Under the pieces are notes generated by a model that ran no database searches, was not told the DNA's origin, and was given only the letters and a program-made list of their open reading frames with translations. A stretch of 64,000 nucleotides of DNA from Bacteroidota bacterium (GTDB lineage: Bacteria; Bacteroidota; Rhodothermia; Rhodothermales; UBA10348). The translations under genes were made by a program, and so were the position numbers. This document shows, piece after piece, positions 19,421 to 27,754 of the stretch. Location of the stretch: positions 1,907-65,906 of the forward strand of contig JAJCYQ010000011.1 in assembly GCA_029262835.1 (NCBI GenBank). Direction: 5' to 3'. Each line of letters begins with the position of its first letter. Positions within the stretch are counted from its first letter, which is position 1.

Positions 19421-20664
19421 TGTCCACCCACCCATTCCACCCCGACCTTCTGACGCAGATTGCTGCCGAACACGGGACGCCCGTCTACGTCTACGACGAA
19501 GCCACCGTCATGCAGCGCATTGACGAACTCAAAGCGCATCTGACTGGTATTCCCGTTCGCCTGCTCTACGCCATGAAGGCGAACCACTGCCCTCCGCTTC
19601 TCGATGTCATGCGCCGTGCTGGGCTTGGAATAGATGCCGTTTCGCCGGGCGAGCTACAGCTCGTGCTTCGCCTTGGATTCGATCCGGCCCACATCCTTTA
19701 CTCGGCCAATAACATGACCGACGAGGAAATGCGGCACGCGGTGGAGGCTGGCGTCACAATGAACATTGGCGAGCTCTCGCGGCTCGAGCGACTCGGCGCC
19801 ACGTTCGGCGGATTGGACGTGTGCGTGCGCATCAATCCGCAAATCGGTGCCGGCCACCACGCACACGTGGTGACGGGAGGCGACCGGAGCAAGTTCGGCA
19901 TTCCGGTTGAGCAGATGGATCGTGTGCTTGACATCGCTGCACGCTATGATCTCCGCATTGTCGGACTGCATCAACATATCGGCAGCGGCATCCTGGATAC
20001 GGAAACACTATGGAGCGCAGCCGCCGTCATTCTCGAAACGGCCCGGAGCGTCGAGCACCTTCGTTTCATCAACGTCGGTGGCGGCCTCGGCGTGCCCTAC
20101 CGACCAGATGAAGCGCCGCTCGACCTCGAGGCCTTCGAATCGACCATTGTAGCGTCCATCCGCGATTTCGTCGCCTCCCACCCATCCGAAGGGCTGGAAG
20201 TCCGGTTCGAGCCAGGCCGCTACTTCACGGCGGAATCCGGCGTACTGCTCAGCCGCGTCAGCACGATCAAGACGACCGGCAGCCGGACTTTTGCCGGTCT
20301 GGACACCGGCATGGGACACCTGCTCCGGCCCGCCCTCTATGACGCGTGGCACACGATCTGCAACCTGACGCGTCCCCACGGCACGCCGAGAACGTACGAT
20401 GTCGTTGGCAATGTCTGCGAGTCGGCCGATTTCTTTGCCCGGGACCGGGACATTCCCGAGCTCCACGAAGGCGACATCGTGGCCATACTCGACGCCGGAG
20501 CCTACGGCATGTCCCTGTCGTCGACCTACAACATGCGGCCCCTGCCCGCCGAAGTCTGGATCCACCCGGACGGCACGCCGGAACGCATTCGCCGTCGGCT
20601 ATCCGCGTCCGAATTCGCCACCGCCTATCTCAGTGACTACGGCCGGTTGACGGCGGCCGTCTGA
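19420..20664 (+). CDS. lysA: diaminopimelate decarboxylase
   Basis: GTPVYVYDE, YAMKAN (PLP Lys), HIGSG, EPGR, CESAD, GAYG. ATG 19420 shares one base with the mlaE stop (TGATG). Confidence 0.92.
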   Translation: MSTHPFHPDLLTQIAAEHGTPVYVYDEATVMQRIDELKAHLTGIPVRLLYAMKANHCPPLLDVMRRAGLGIDAVSPGELQLVLRLGFDPAHILYSANNMTDEEMRHAVEAGVTMNIGELSRLERLGATFGGLDVCVRINPQIGAGHHAHVVTGGDRSKFGIPVEQMDRVLDIAARYDLRIVGLHQHIGSGILDTETLWSAAAVILETARSVEHLRFINVGGGLGVPYRPDEAPLDLEAFESTIVASIRDFVASHPSEGLEVRFEPGRYFTAESGVLLSRVSTIKTTGSRTFAGLDTGMGHLLRPALYDAWHTICNLTRPHGTPRTYDVVGNVCESADFFARDRDIPELHEGDIVAILDAGAYGMSLSSTYNMRPLPAEVWIHPDGTPERIRRRLSASEFATAYLSDYGRLTAAV

Positions 20665-21307
20665 CCGTTATGTCGAGGGGTGGCAGCCCTTCAATCCGGG
20701 CCTCCAGGAAGTCACCGTCCACGACGGGGCCGACACCCTCTGGCGTTCCAGTGAACAACAGATCTCCCGGTTCGAGCGTAAAAATGCTGGACGCGAAAGC
20801 CAGCAGGTCGGCAACGGGGAACAGCATATCGCCCGTCGAAGCCTCCTGCCTCGGCTGACCGTTCACATTCAGGGAGATGCGGCGAGGTTGCCTGATGTCG
20901 GCCACGGCAATCGGGCCCAGCGGAGCGAACGTATCGAATCCTTTGGCGACACTCCACGGATGACCGCTCTCCTTCGCCCGCTGCTGGATATCCCGTGCTG
21001 TCATGTCAAGCCCCACAGCCAGGCCTGCGATTGCCTCGTGCGCCTGCTCTGGCCGGGCGTGGCGAAGGCGAGATCCCAGGACGACGACCAGTTCTACTTC
21101 ATGATGCACATCCTGCGACTCTGGTGGCAGCAGAATCTGACCATCCTGTCCGCCGACCAGGCTGCTGGCGGGTTTCAGGAACAACATGGGCTTACTCGGC
21201 AGGGCGCTCTTCATTTCGCGTGCATGGGCGGCATAGTTCCGCCCTACGCAGACCAGCTTTCCAGGACGGAAGACGGTACGCGATCCCTGAATTCTCAATT
21301 CTTCCAT
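20630..21307 (-). CDS. fumarylacetoacetate hydrolase (FAH) family protein
   Basis: 225 aa from ATG 21307. KLVCVGRNYAAHA, FLKP, HHEVELVVV, KGFDTFAPLGP, LLFTGTPEGVG. Confidence 0.88.
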   Translation of the reverse strand: MEELRIQGSRTVFRPGKLVCVGRNYAAHAREMKSALPSKPMLFLKPASSLVGGQDGQILLPPESQDVHHEVELVVVLGSRLRHARPEQAHEAIAGLAVGLDMTARDIQQRAKESGHPWSVAKGFDTFAPLGPIAVADIRQPRRISLNVNGQPRQEASTGDMLFPVADLLAFASSIFTLEPGDLLFTGTPEGVGPVVDGDFLEARIEGLPPLDITVRRPPSTGRSH

Positions 21308-21417
21308 ATCGGTATGCGTTGAACGGCTGCGAATCGTGCCGTATATTGATGGACTGAATGTTTTCGTATACACTCTCGCGACGGTAACCAACCCGCCGCC
21401 CAAAGCAGAGGCAAGAT

Positions 21418-21732
21418 ATGTACGCGATCGTAGAAATCGCCGGTAAACAGTACAAGGTGTCCCAGGACGACACGCTGTACATCCCCCGCCAGTCGGCCAG
21501 TACGTCGACCACGCTGTCATTCGACAAGGTGCTCCTCGTTGCCGATGGGGAAAACGTCTCGGTGGGAACGCCGACCGTCGAGGGCGCTTCGGTCGATGCC
21601 ACAGTGCTCGACCACGTCAAGGCTGACAAGGTGCTTGTGTTCAAGAAGAAGCGCCGCAAAGGCTACAAGGTAAAACGGGGCCACCGGCAGCCCTACACAC
21701 AGATCAAGGTGACGGCGCTCAACGCCGGCTGA
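21418..21732 (+). CDS. rplU: 50S ribosomal protein L21
   Basis: [14 protein letters not shown]... and [17 protein letters not shown]. Confidence 0.97.
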   Translation: MYAIVEIAGKQYKVSQDDTLYIPRQSASTSTTLSFDKVLLVADGENVSVGTPTVEGASVDATVLDHVKADKVLVFKKKRRKGYKVKRGHRQPYTQIKVTALNAG

Positions 21733-21766
21733 TCCGACTCGAACCAAATACAAAAGGAGTTCAGCA

Positions 21767-22021
21767 ATGGCACATAAGAAAGGAATGGGGTCGACCAAGA
21801 ACGGTCGCGATTCCAACCCCCAGATGCTCGGCGTCAAAGCGTATGGTGGCGAGTTCGTGCAGGCAGGCGCCATCATTGTCCGTCAGCGCGGAACGAAGTT
21901 TCACCCGGGCAGCAATGTAGGTCGCGGAGGCGACGATACGCTATTCGCCACACAGACCGGCAAGGTCCGCTTCTCGCGTGGGCAGAAGAACCGCAAGTTT
22001 GTCCACGTGGACAGCGAGTAG
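21767..22021 (+). CDS. rpmA: 50S ribosomal protein L27
   Basis: [24 protein letters not shown]..., [13 protein letters not shown]. Confidence 0.97.
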   Translation: MAHKKGMGSTKNGRDSNPQMLGVKAYGGEFVQAGAIIVRQRGTKFHPGSNVGRGGDDTLFATQTGKVRFSRGQKNRKFVHVDSE

Positions 22022-22074
22022 TCCGTAGAAAACCAGGCGCTGCACCCCGCGGGGCGGCGCTTCGCACAAAACCG

Positions 22075-22111
22075 AAACAGGCCCGGAGCGCAGTGCGCTC
22101 CGGGCCTGTTC
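22075..22111 (+). terminator. stem-loop terminator after rplU-rpmA
   Basis: Perfect 17-bp GC-rich stem GAAACAGGCCCGGAGCGC / GCGCTCCGGGCCTGTTC around a 3-nt loop, 54 nt after the rpmA stop. The trailing T-tract is weak (CTGTT). Confidence 0.6.
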
Positions 22112-22278
22112 TGTTCAGGAAAGACGTCCCCGCAGCAGGCATTCCGGCGCTCGCATCCTGGCGCACGCTGGTTCTTCAACACGCTTCCAGGGAAAATTTT
22201 GCGGTGCCAGCGGAAAGGTTTACCGCCGATGATCGGCTTTAATTGACGATTCCAGGCATCTGGCACGTATTCCAGGCT

Positions 22279-22294
22279 TGGCAAGCCGTTTGCA
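22279..22294 (+). promoter_or_regulatory. candidate sigma-54 (-24/-12) promoter P1
   Basis: TGGCAAGCCGTTTGCA fits TGGCAC-N5-TTGCA with one mismatch and correct GG-N10-GC spacing. It lies 60 nt upstream of ATG 22354. Confidence 0.55.
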
Positions 22295-22353
22295 TGTGGA
22301 TGGGAGGACTCAAGCACCGGAATATCCGGATTGAACAAAACCTCCGAACCGTC

Positions 22354-23196
22354 ATGATGCGCAAAGTAACACTCCAGCCCCGCGAAGAATCTTTTCTGAG
22401 TGGGTATCGAGTACCTGAACTCTCATTCGAGTGCCGCTCTCTCCCCTACGCGTCGCTCGCGCCCATCTGGGAACAGATGCGAAACCGCAACTGGGAAGCT
22501 GCTTCTTCCGCTGCCCGGCAGGCCATGGATGAGCCGCGGATTTTTCACCCCGAAGAACGTGCTGCCATGGAAATGGCACTCGCCGAAGCACAGCGTCAAC
22601 TCGGCGCCACCGAGCAGGCGCGGCGCATGGCGGGTAGGTCGCTTGACCTCTTTCCCAACCAACTCGCATCGCACATGATACAGGTCAATGTGCTGGCGGG
22701 TCGCAAGGACTTTCTGGCGGCCTACCTCCATTTGTCGAACCTGGCGGTCGGCGACACAAAGACGACGTGGGATACAACGCTTTCCTCCACCGAGACGCAC
22801 ACACTGCTGGCTGCATGGTCCTGGCAACTCGGAGAATGGGACGACGTGGCCGATCACCTGGCAAGCGCCTATCCGGAGGGGCTCGCGTCCATGCCGGCAC
22901 CTCTTCGCGAGGACTTCTTCCGCCTCGCACTCTACCGCGACAACCCGGGCGATGCCACGGCCGTTGCCGCGATCATGATCCAGGATCGCTCCGAAGCCGA
23001 GGCTGACGAGGTGCTCCAGGCTATGGCCCAGCAGGGATGGCGGGAGGAGGCTCTTTCCCTCTACACAACGTTCTACGAGACGCGCTCCGAAAGCCAACTG
23101 CTGAGGCGGCGACTTGTGGCGCTTAACATCAAACAGGGACACATCGAAGAAGCGCGGCGCCTCTCTGGCAGTGGTGCACTTCGGCTGGCCGCCTGA
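22354..23196 (+). CDS. hypothetical protein, TPR-like helical repeats
   Basis: 280 aa from ATG 22354, Ala/Leu-rich amphipathic helix pairs. First gene behind P1. No catalytic motif recognised. Confidence 0.55.
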   Translation: MMRKVTLQPREESFLSGYRVPELSFECRSLPYASLAPIWEQMRNRNWEAASSAARQAMDEPRIFHPEERAAMEMALAEAQRQLGATEQARRMAGRSLDLFPNQLASHMIQVNVLAGRKDFLAAYLHLSNLAVGDTKTTWDTTLSSTETHTLLAAWSWQLGEWDDVADHLASAYPEGLASMPAPLREDFFRLALYRDNPGDATAVAAIMIQDRSEAEADEVLQAMAQQGWREEALSLYTTFYETRSESQLLRRRLVALNIKQGHIEEARRLSGSGALRLAA

Positions 23197-23206
23197 GGAT
23201 AACCCC

Positions 23207-24079
23207 ATGGAACCTACCCTCTTCACCGGTCTCACGTTGCTGCGTCCTCCCCTCGAGTCGCTGGCAGAACGTATCCGGAACATGATTGAAACAGGACTCC
23301 CTCTTGAGGCCGGCGCCCTTGCGCTCATTGCCGCCCGGGACCCTTTCACCGCAGCTGGACTCCTCAAGCGAGCCAATAATGCCTACTACGGACTGCGAAA
23401 CACCGTGGGCAGCCTGACGCAGGCCATTGAGGTCCTTGAGCCCCCGAGTGTTGCCCGCATGCTCATGTCAACCAATATGGATTTCCATGAGCCCGATGCG
23501 GTGGTGGCCATCCGCCGGGAAGCTTATGCGACGGCCCATATTTCTCACCGGCTTGCCGAGGGTTCATGGCCACGTGCCACAGGTGCGCCTCCCGGCATGG
23601 CATTCAGTGCGGGGCTGCTATACAGCTACGGCTCGTTGGTACTGGCTCAGTCGTTCCCGTCCCAATACGGGGCCATCACCGATGTCTCGCCACAGACCAT
23701 TCTGTTCGATACGCACGACTGGAGAACGCCGCAGCAACTCCTGTTCGGTTTCGATGCAGCAGAAACCGGCGCTTTTGCCGGCCTTCGTTTTGCATTGCCA
23801 CCCGAGCTGGTCGATGTCATGTCGCTGGGTGGGCACCCCATTGCCCATCCATCCACGCTCTCTTCTTCCCTTCCTTTGCTCGTATGCGTAGCCTCGCAAT
23901 TGGCCGCCGACGCAGGTTATGCGGCGACGGCGTACGGGTCAAGGGACGTGGAGTCTGCCGACGCAGCGCGACACCTGTTGGATGAACACCTGGAGTGCTC
24001 CATCGACGCCGTCGCCGCCGAACTCCTGAGCCATCCCTTTTCTTCCATCCGGCCCGTCGAGACGCACCAGGCGTCGTGA
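23207..24079 (+). CDS. HDOD-domain signalling protein
   Basis: 290 aa from ATG 23207. LLKRANNAYYGLRNTVGSLTQAIEVLE, later HISHRLAE and AGLLYSYGSLVLAQ match the HDOD pattern as I remember it. Confidence 0.65.
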   Translation: MEPTLFTGLTLLRPPLESLAERIRNMIETGLPLEAGALALIAARDPFTAAGLLKRANNAYYGLRNTVGSLTQAIEVLEPPSVARMLMSTNMDFHEPDAVVAIRREAYATAHISHRLAEGSWPRATGAPPGMAFSAGLLYSYGSLVLAQSFPSQYGAITDVSPQTILFDTHDWRTPQQLLFGFDAAETGAFAGLRFALPPELVDVMSLGGHPIAHPSTLSSSLPLLVCVASQLAADAGYAATAYGSRDVESADAARHLLDEHLECSIDAVAAELLSHPFSSIRPVETHQAS

Positions 24080-24104
24080 TCCCAAACGATAGTAACCGAC
24101 CTCC

Positions 24105-24863
24105 ATGTCGAAAGCATCCAGAAAAATTGCCCAGAACCGGCCCGCGCTGCGCCGCAGCGCCGAGCGCCTCTCCCAGGACACAATCGCCGGGCAGACTTCC
24201 GTCCAGGAGTTTGCACAGGTGCTTCGTCACCGCATTGGAAGTCTGGTGAGCGGGATTGAGGGCTACACAGAACTGCTCATGACCTCTCTTTCCGATCCCG
24301 AAGACCGGGAATCGGGCATTCGAATCCTGGAAGGCGTCCGGCGGATAGAAGCGGTTCTTGAGGATCTGGACCTGTACCACGCCTCACCCCATGTCGTGCT
24401 TCGATCGGTCGTGATAACGGACGTACTGTTCCAACTTCAGCGTATCCTGCCCGATACCGACGCGTCTCGCGTGCAGTTTGATGCGCAGATTCCCGATGGG
24501 CAGCGTGTAATGGCCGATCCCAAAGCCCTTCGACAGGCTGTGATGGCGCTCATCACGAATGCACTCGAAGCCACGCACCATGAAGGTTCTATCGTAATCA
24601 TCTCCGTCGGGGTTGAACCGTGCCCCACCCAGGGGCATCCAATTATTCAGATTCGCGTGCACAACGACGGCACGCTCAGCCAAAACACGTCTCCAGACCT
24701 CGTTTTCGAGCCATTTCATACGACGAAGGCGTGGAATCTGGGGGTCGGCCTGCCGCTCGCCGAGCAGATTGCCCGTCTGCACAAGGGAACGCTCGTGCTT
24801 GAGGAGAGCTCCGAGGCCCACGGAACGACATTTACACTGACCCTGCCCGTACAGGAAGACTGA
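24105..24863 (+). CDS. soluble histidine kinase (HisKA + HATPase_c, no TM or obvious sensor domain)
   Basis: H-box FAQVLRHRIGSLVSGIEGYTELL, N-box LITNALEAT, G-boxes VHNDG and NLGVGLPLAEQI. Confidence 0.85.
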   Translation: MSKASRKIAQNRPALRRSAERLSQDTIAGQTSVQEFAQVLRHRIGSLVSGIEGYTELLMTSLSDPEDRESGIRILEGVRRIEAVLEDLDLYHASPHVVLRSVVITDVLFQLQRILPDTDASRVQFDAQIPDGQRVMADPKALRQAVMALITNALEATHHEGSIVIISVGVEPCPTQGHPIIQIRVHNDGTLSQNTSPDLVFEPFHTTKAWNLGVGLPLAEQIARLHKGTLVLEESSEAHGTTFTLTLPVQED

Positions 24864-24904
24864 TTTGCGGTATATTTGCGTATTGACGACGCAACATACC
24901 CTCC

Positions 24905-26326
24905 ATGTCCCAATCCCCCCGGCTTCTGTTCGTCGATGACGAGCACCTTCTGCACAATCTGTTCGAGCGCCTGTTTTCCAGGCACGGCTTTGAAGTCACG
25001 TGCACCTCAAGCGCTGTCCAGGCCATGGATATCCTGGCCGACAAAGCGTTCGATATTGTGGTGACTGATTTCATGATGCCCGACATGGATGGGTTCTCCC
25101 TGCTCAGTCACATTCGTGAGCGCTACCCTCGAACCCGTGTCATCATGGTCACGGCCCACGCCAATGTGCAGCATGCAGTGCGTATGATGCAGCATGGCGC
25201 CATCGATTACATCCCCAAGCCCTTTACGGCGGCGGAACTCGTGGAGCGAGTCCAGAAATCGCTCAACACGCCTCTGCCGGAAGATGCGCCCGCCGGCACA
25301 CCGACCTCGGGCCCAAAGAAAACCGTAGCTGGGAGCGCCGAAGAAGGTCACACCGCTGAAAGCAGCGCCGATGCGATGTATGTGGGACAGTCCGAGTCCA
25401 TTCGACGCCTGAAGGATATGCTCCCGAGGGTGGCCAAGAACCGTGCCCCGGTTTTCATCCAGGGTGCGAGCGGCACTGGAAAGGAAATTCTGGCGCGTCT
25501 CATCCACAATCAGAGCGACCGCGCTTCCGGGCCCTACCTGACCTTGAATTGTGCGAATCTTCCGCGTGATCTTGTAGAGAGTCACCTGTTCGGGCACCGA
25601 AAAGGCGCCTTTACAGGTGCGGTGGAGGACATGACAGGTGCATTTGAACGTGCGGATGGCGGAACGCTGCTGCTCGACGAGATCACGGAAATCGATCTTC
25701 CCATCCAGGCCAAGCTGCTGCGCGTACTGCAGGAGCAGGAAGTACAGAAAATTGGCGCTGCGGATATAAAGAAAGTGGATGTCCGCGTCGTCGCTACGAG
25801 TAATCGCAACCTGTCCCAGGCCATAACGGATGGGCTGTTCCGGGAAGACCTCTACCACCGACTGTCTGTCTTCCCCCTCACCGTCCCACCGCTGTCAGAG
25901 CGTATGGATGACGTGCCACTCCTGACGCGGCATTTTGCTGGAAAATACTGCAGGCTCTACGGTTTACCTGCCAAAGAACTCTCCGACAGCCTGTTGCAAC
26001 GCCTCCTCGCCCACGACTGGCCAGGCAACGTCCGGGAGCTCGAGAACATGATCCAACGCGGTGTGCTGCTGTCGGCGGATCGGCCCATCGTCGATATTGA
26101 TGATGTGTATGACAGTTTCTTTTCGGATGCGGGTACGACGGCGACCGGCCACAGTGACGGTTCGGCCATACACGATACCATCGAGGACATGGAGCGCCAC
26201 ATGATTCTCGATGCGCTCGAGGAGAGTGGCCAGAATCAGCAGAAAGCCGCTGATAAACTCGGTATCAGTGCTCGTACGATCCGGAACAAGCTGAAGAAAT
26301 ATCGCGAGGAAGGATACCTGACCTGA
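24905..26326 (+). CDS. sigma-54-dependent response regulator (REC + AAA+ + Fis-type HTH), NtrC/FleR family
   Basis: REC domain (DDEHLL..., VTDFMMPDMDG, KP). Walker A GASGTGKE, GAFTGA loop, Walker B LLLDEI, NVRELEN. C-terminal HTH QQKAADKLGISARTIRNKLKKY. Confidence 0.93.
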   Translation: MSQSPRLLFVDDEHLLHNLFERLFSRHGFEVTCTSSAVQAMDILADKAFDIVVTDFMMPDMDGFSLLSHIRERYPRTRVIMVTAHANVQHAVRMMQHGAIDYIPKPFTAAELVERVQKSLNTPLPEDAPAGTPTSGPKKTVAGSAEEGHTAESSADAMYVGQSESIRRLKDMLPRVAKNRAPVFIQGASGTGKEILARLIHNQSDRASGPYLTLNCANLPRDLVESHLFGHRKGAFTGAVEDMTGAFERADGGTLLLDEITEIDLPIQAKLLRVLQEQEVQKIGAADIKKVDVRVVATSNRNLSQAITDGLFREDLYHRLSVFPLTVPPLSERMDDVPLLTRHFAGKYCRLYGLPAKELSDSLLQRLLAHDWPGNVRELENMIQRGVLLSADRPIVDIDDVYDSFFSDAGTTATGHSDGSAIHDTIEDMERHMILDALEESGQNQQKAADKLGISARTIRNKLKKYREEGYLT

Positions 26327-26365
26327 CCACTGGCAGGTGACCGCACGCAGCGCCCATCCGCTACC

Positions 26366-26413
26366 GGAAAGATATTCCGCAGGCTCTTGGCCCGGAATAG
26401 GGAAGATTTTTCC
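26366..26413. promoter_or_regulatory. two GGAA-N5-TTCC palindromes, candidate enhancer (UAS) sites
   Basis: cGGAAagataTTCCg at 26365-26379 and GGAAgatttTTCC at 26401-26413. Centres are 35 bp apart and ~115-155 bp upstream of the -24 element at 26524. A weaker GGAAaggttTACC lies at 22212-22224, upstream of P1. Confidence 0.35.
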
Positions 26414-26523
26414 GCGTATCGGCAGTACGGGGTTTCGCAATTTCTGGTTATTCCACCCGGAACCTCCCTCCTGCACCTGTTGAGACGCGTTTTGCGGATT
26501 CAGACAGGGTCGCCCGGTCTGAC

Positions 26524-26539
26524 TGGCACACGCTTTGCA
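26524..26539 (+). promoter_or_regulatory. sigma-54 (-24/-12) promoter P2
   Basis: TGGCACACGCTTTGCA matches TGGCAC-N5-TTGCA exactly. It sits in the 245-nt intergenic region after the NtrC-type gene and 33 nt before ATG 26572. It shares TTTGCATGT with P1. Confidence 0.75.
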
Positions 26540-26571
26540 TGTCAGGGAATCGAAACTTGATTCCATTTCCC

Positions 26572-26841
26572 ATGCGAAGTCTCATCATACAGTTCAGCCT
26601 GCTGGTCGCCGCACTGACCGCCACCAACCTGATCCAGGTCGGCAGCGATGTGTTGCCGTCCCTCCTGTGGGCCGCATCTGCCGGATGTACGACCTGGGCG
26701 GTGCTGTTACTCGGCGACTACGCTGTGCACCGCCTCATGGATGAGATGGAATCATCGGCCCGCATTGCCGGGAACACCCCTTATGTGGAAGCGGACTCGC
26801 GAGAAGACATCCAGCAACTGGATGCCCAGAAAGCGGCCTGA
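26572..26841 (+). CDS. small membrane protein (two predicted TM helices, acidic C-terminal tail)
   Basis: 89 aa from ATG 26572 (MRSLIIQFSLLVAALTATNLI ... WAASAGCTTWAVLLLGDYAV ...). The ORF-track start at 26539 would lie inside the promoter. Located between P2 and fliA. Confidence 0.5.
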   Translation: MRSLIIQFSLLVAALTATNLIQVGSDVLPSLLWAASAGCTTWAVLLLGDYAVHRLMDEMESSARIAGNTPYVEADSREDIQQLDAQKAA

Positions 26842-26867
26842 TCCCAACCTCTCAACCCCTCACCGCC

Positions 26868-27629
26868 ATGTCGCAGGATCTCCAAACCGTAGCCGTAGCG
26901 TTCGTCGCACATCCGTCGGAAGCGAATCGTACCGCCGTTGTGACAGCCGCAGTTCCACTTGTCCGCTCCATCGTGGGCCGCCTCAATATTCCAGACCACC
27001 CGTTGGCATCCCGCGAAGACCTGGAAAGCGTCGGTCAGCTCGGACTGCTCCAGGCCCTCGACGGCTTCGATCCAGAACGTGGTACACCGTTTGTCTCCTA
27101 TGCGTACGGACGCATCCGAGGGGCGCTCGTGGACTACCTGCGATCCATCGATGCCCTGCCCCGTGAGCGCCGGCGGATGCTCGCCGAAGCCCACCAGGCC
27201 ATGGATAACCTGCGTCAGGAACTGGGCGAAGAACCTACCGACCAGGCTGTCGCTGAGTACCTGGACATGTCCCTCTACGATTACCACACATTACTCAAGG
27301 ATGCCCAGTGCCGCTTTTCTCTGTCCCTCCACTCCCCTGTCAACGGAGAGGACGATCATACGATGATCGAATCCATTCCGAACAACGACACGCTCCTGGC
27401 CTTCGAGGCCATTGACCGGGACAGCCTCAAGGCCTACATACAGACGCTCATCAACGAACTGCCCGACCGCGAGCAGACCATTCTCGCCCTCTACTACTTC
27501 GAGAACCTCACGCTCAGGGAAATTGCCGAGCTGATGGATAGGACCGAGGCCCGAATCAGTCAGATTCTCGCCAAGGTACTCAAAACCCTCCGCCATCAGC
27601 TGTCCGTGATGTCCAACCGAGCCGCCTGA
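26868..27629 (+). CDS. fliA: RNA polymerase sigma factor, FliA/WhiG (sigma-28) family
   Basis: Region 2 (DLESVGQLGLLQALDGFDPERGTPFVSYAYGRIRGALVDYLR), region 3, and region 4 (LPDREQTILALYYFENLTLREIAELMDRTEARISQI). Collinear with E. coli FliA from memory. Confidence 0.8.
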   Translation: MSQDLQTVAVAFVAHPSEANRTAVVTAAVPLVRSIVGRLNIPDHPLASREDLESVGQLGLLQALDGFDPERGTPFVSYAYGRIRGALVDYLRSIDALPRERRRMLAEAHQAMDNLRQELGEEPTDQAVAEYLDMSLYDYHTLLKDAQCRFSLSLHSPVNGEDDHTMIESIPNNDTLLAFEAIDRDSLKAYIQTLINELPDREQTILALYYFENLTLREIAELMDRTEARISQILAKVLKTLRHQLSVMSNRAA

Positions 27630-27696
27630 CTCTTTTTTCGGTACGTATGTACTGAACATTCACGTGGGAAGGCTGTATATTAATGAGCTTCGCACC

Positions 27697-27728
27697 GGCC
27701 GCACATATCCTGTGCGGCCGCTCATTTT
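27697..27728 (+). terminator. Rho-independent terminator after fliA
   Basis: 9-bp stem GGCCGCACA / TGTGCGGCC, 5-nt loop, followed by GCTCATTTT. Starts 68 nt after the fliA stop. Confidence 0.6.
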
Positions 27729-27754
27729 CACATCGACAGCAGCCGTTCTACTCC

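Noticed and set aside
22260-22277. TGGCAC at 22261 looked like a sigma-54 -24 box
   Set aside because: No GC or TTGC element follows at the required spacing (TGGCACgtattCCAGG). The neighbouring TGGCAA-N5-TTGCA at 22279 is the better candidate.
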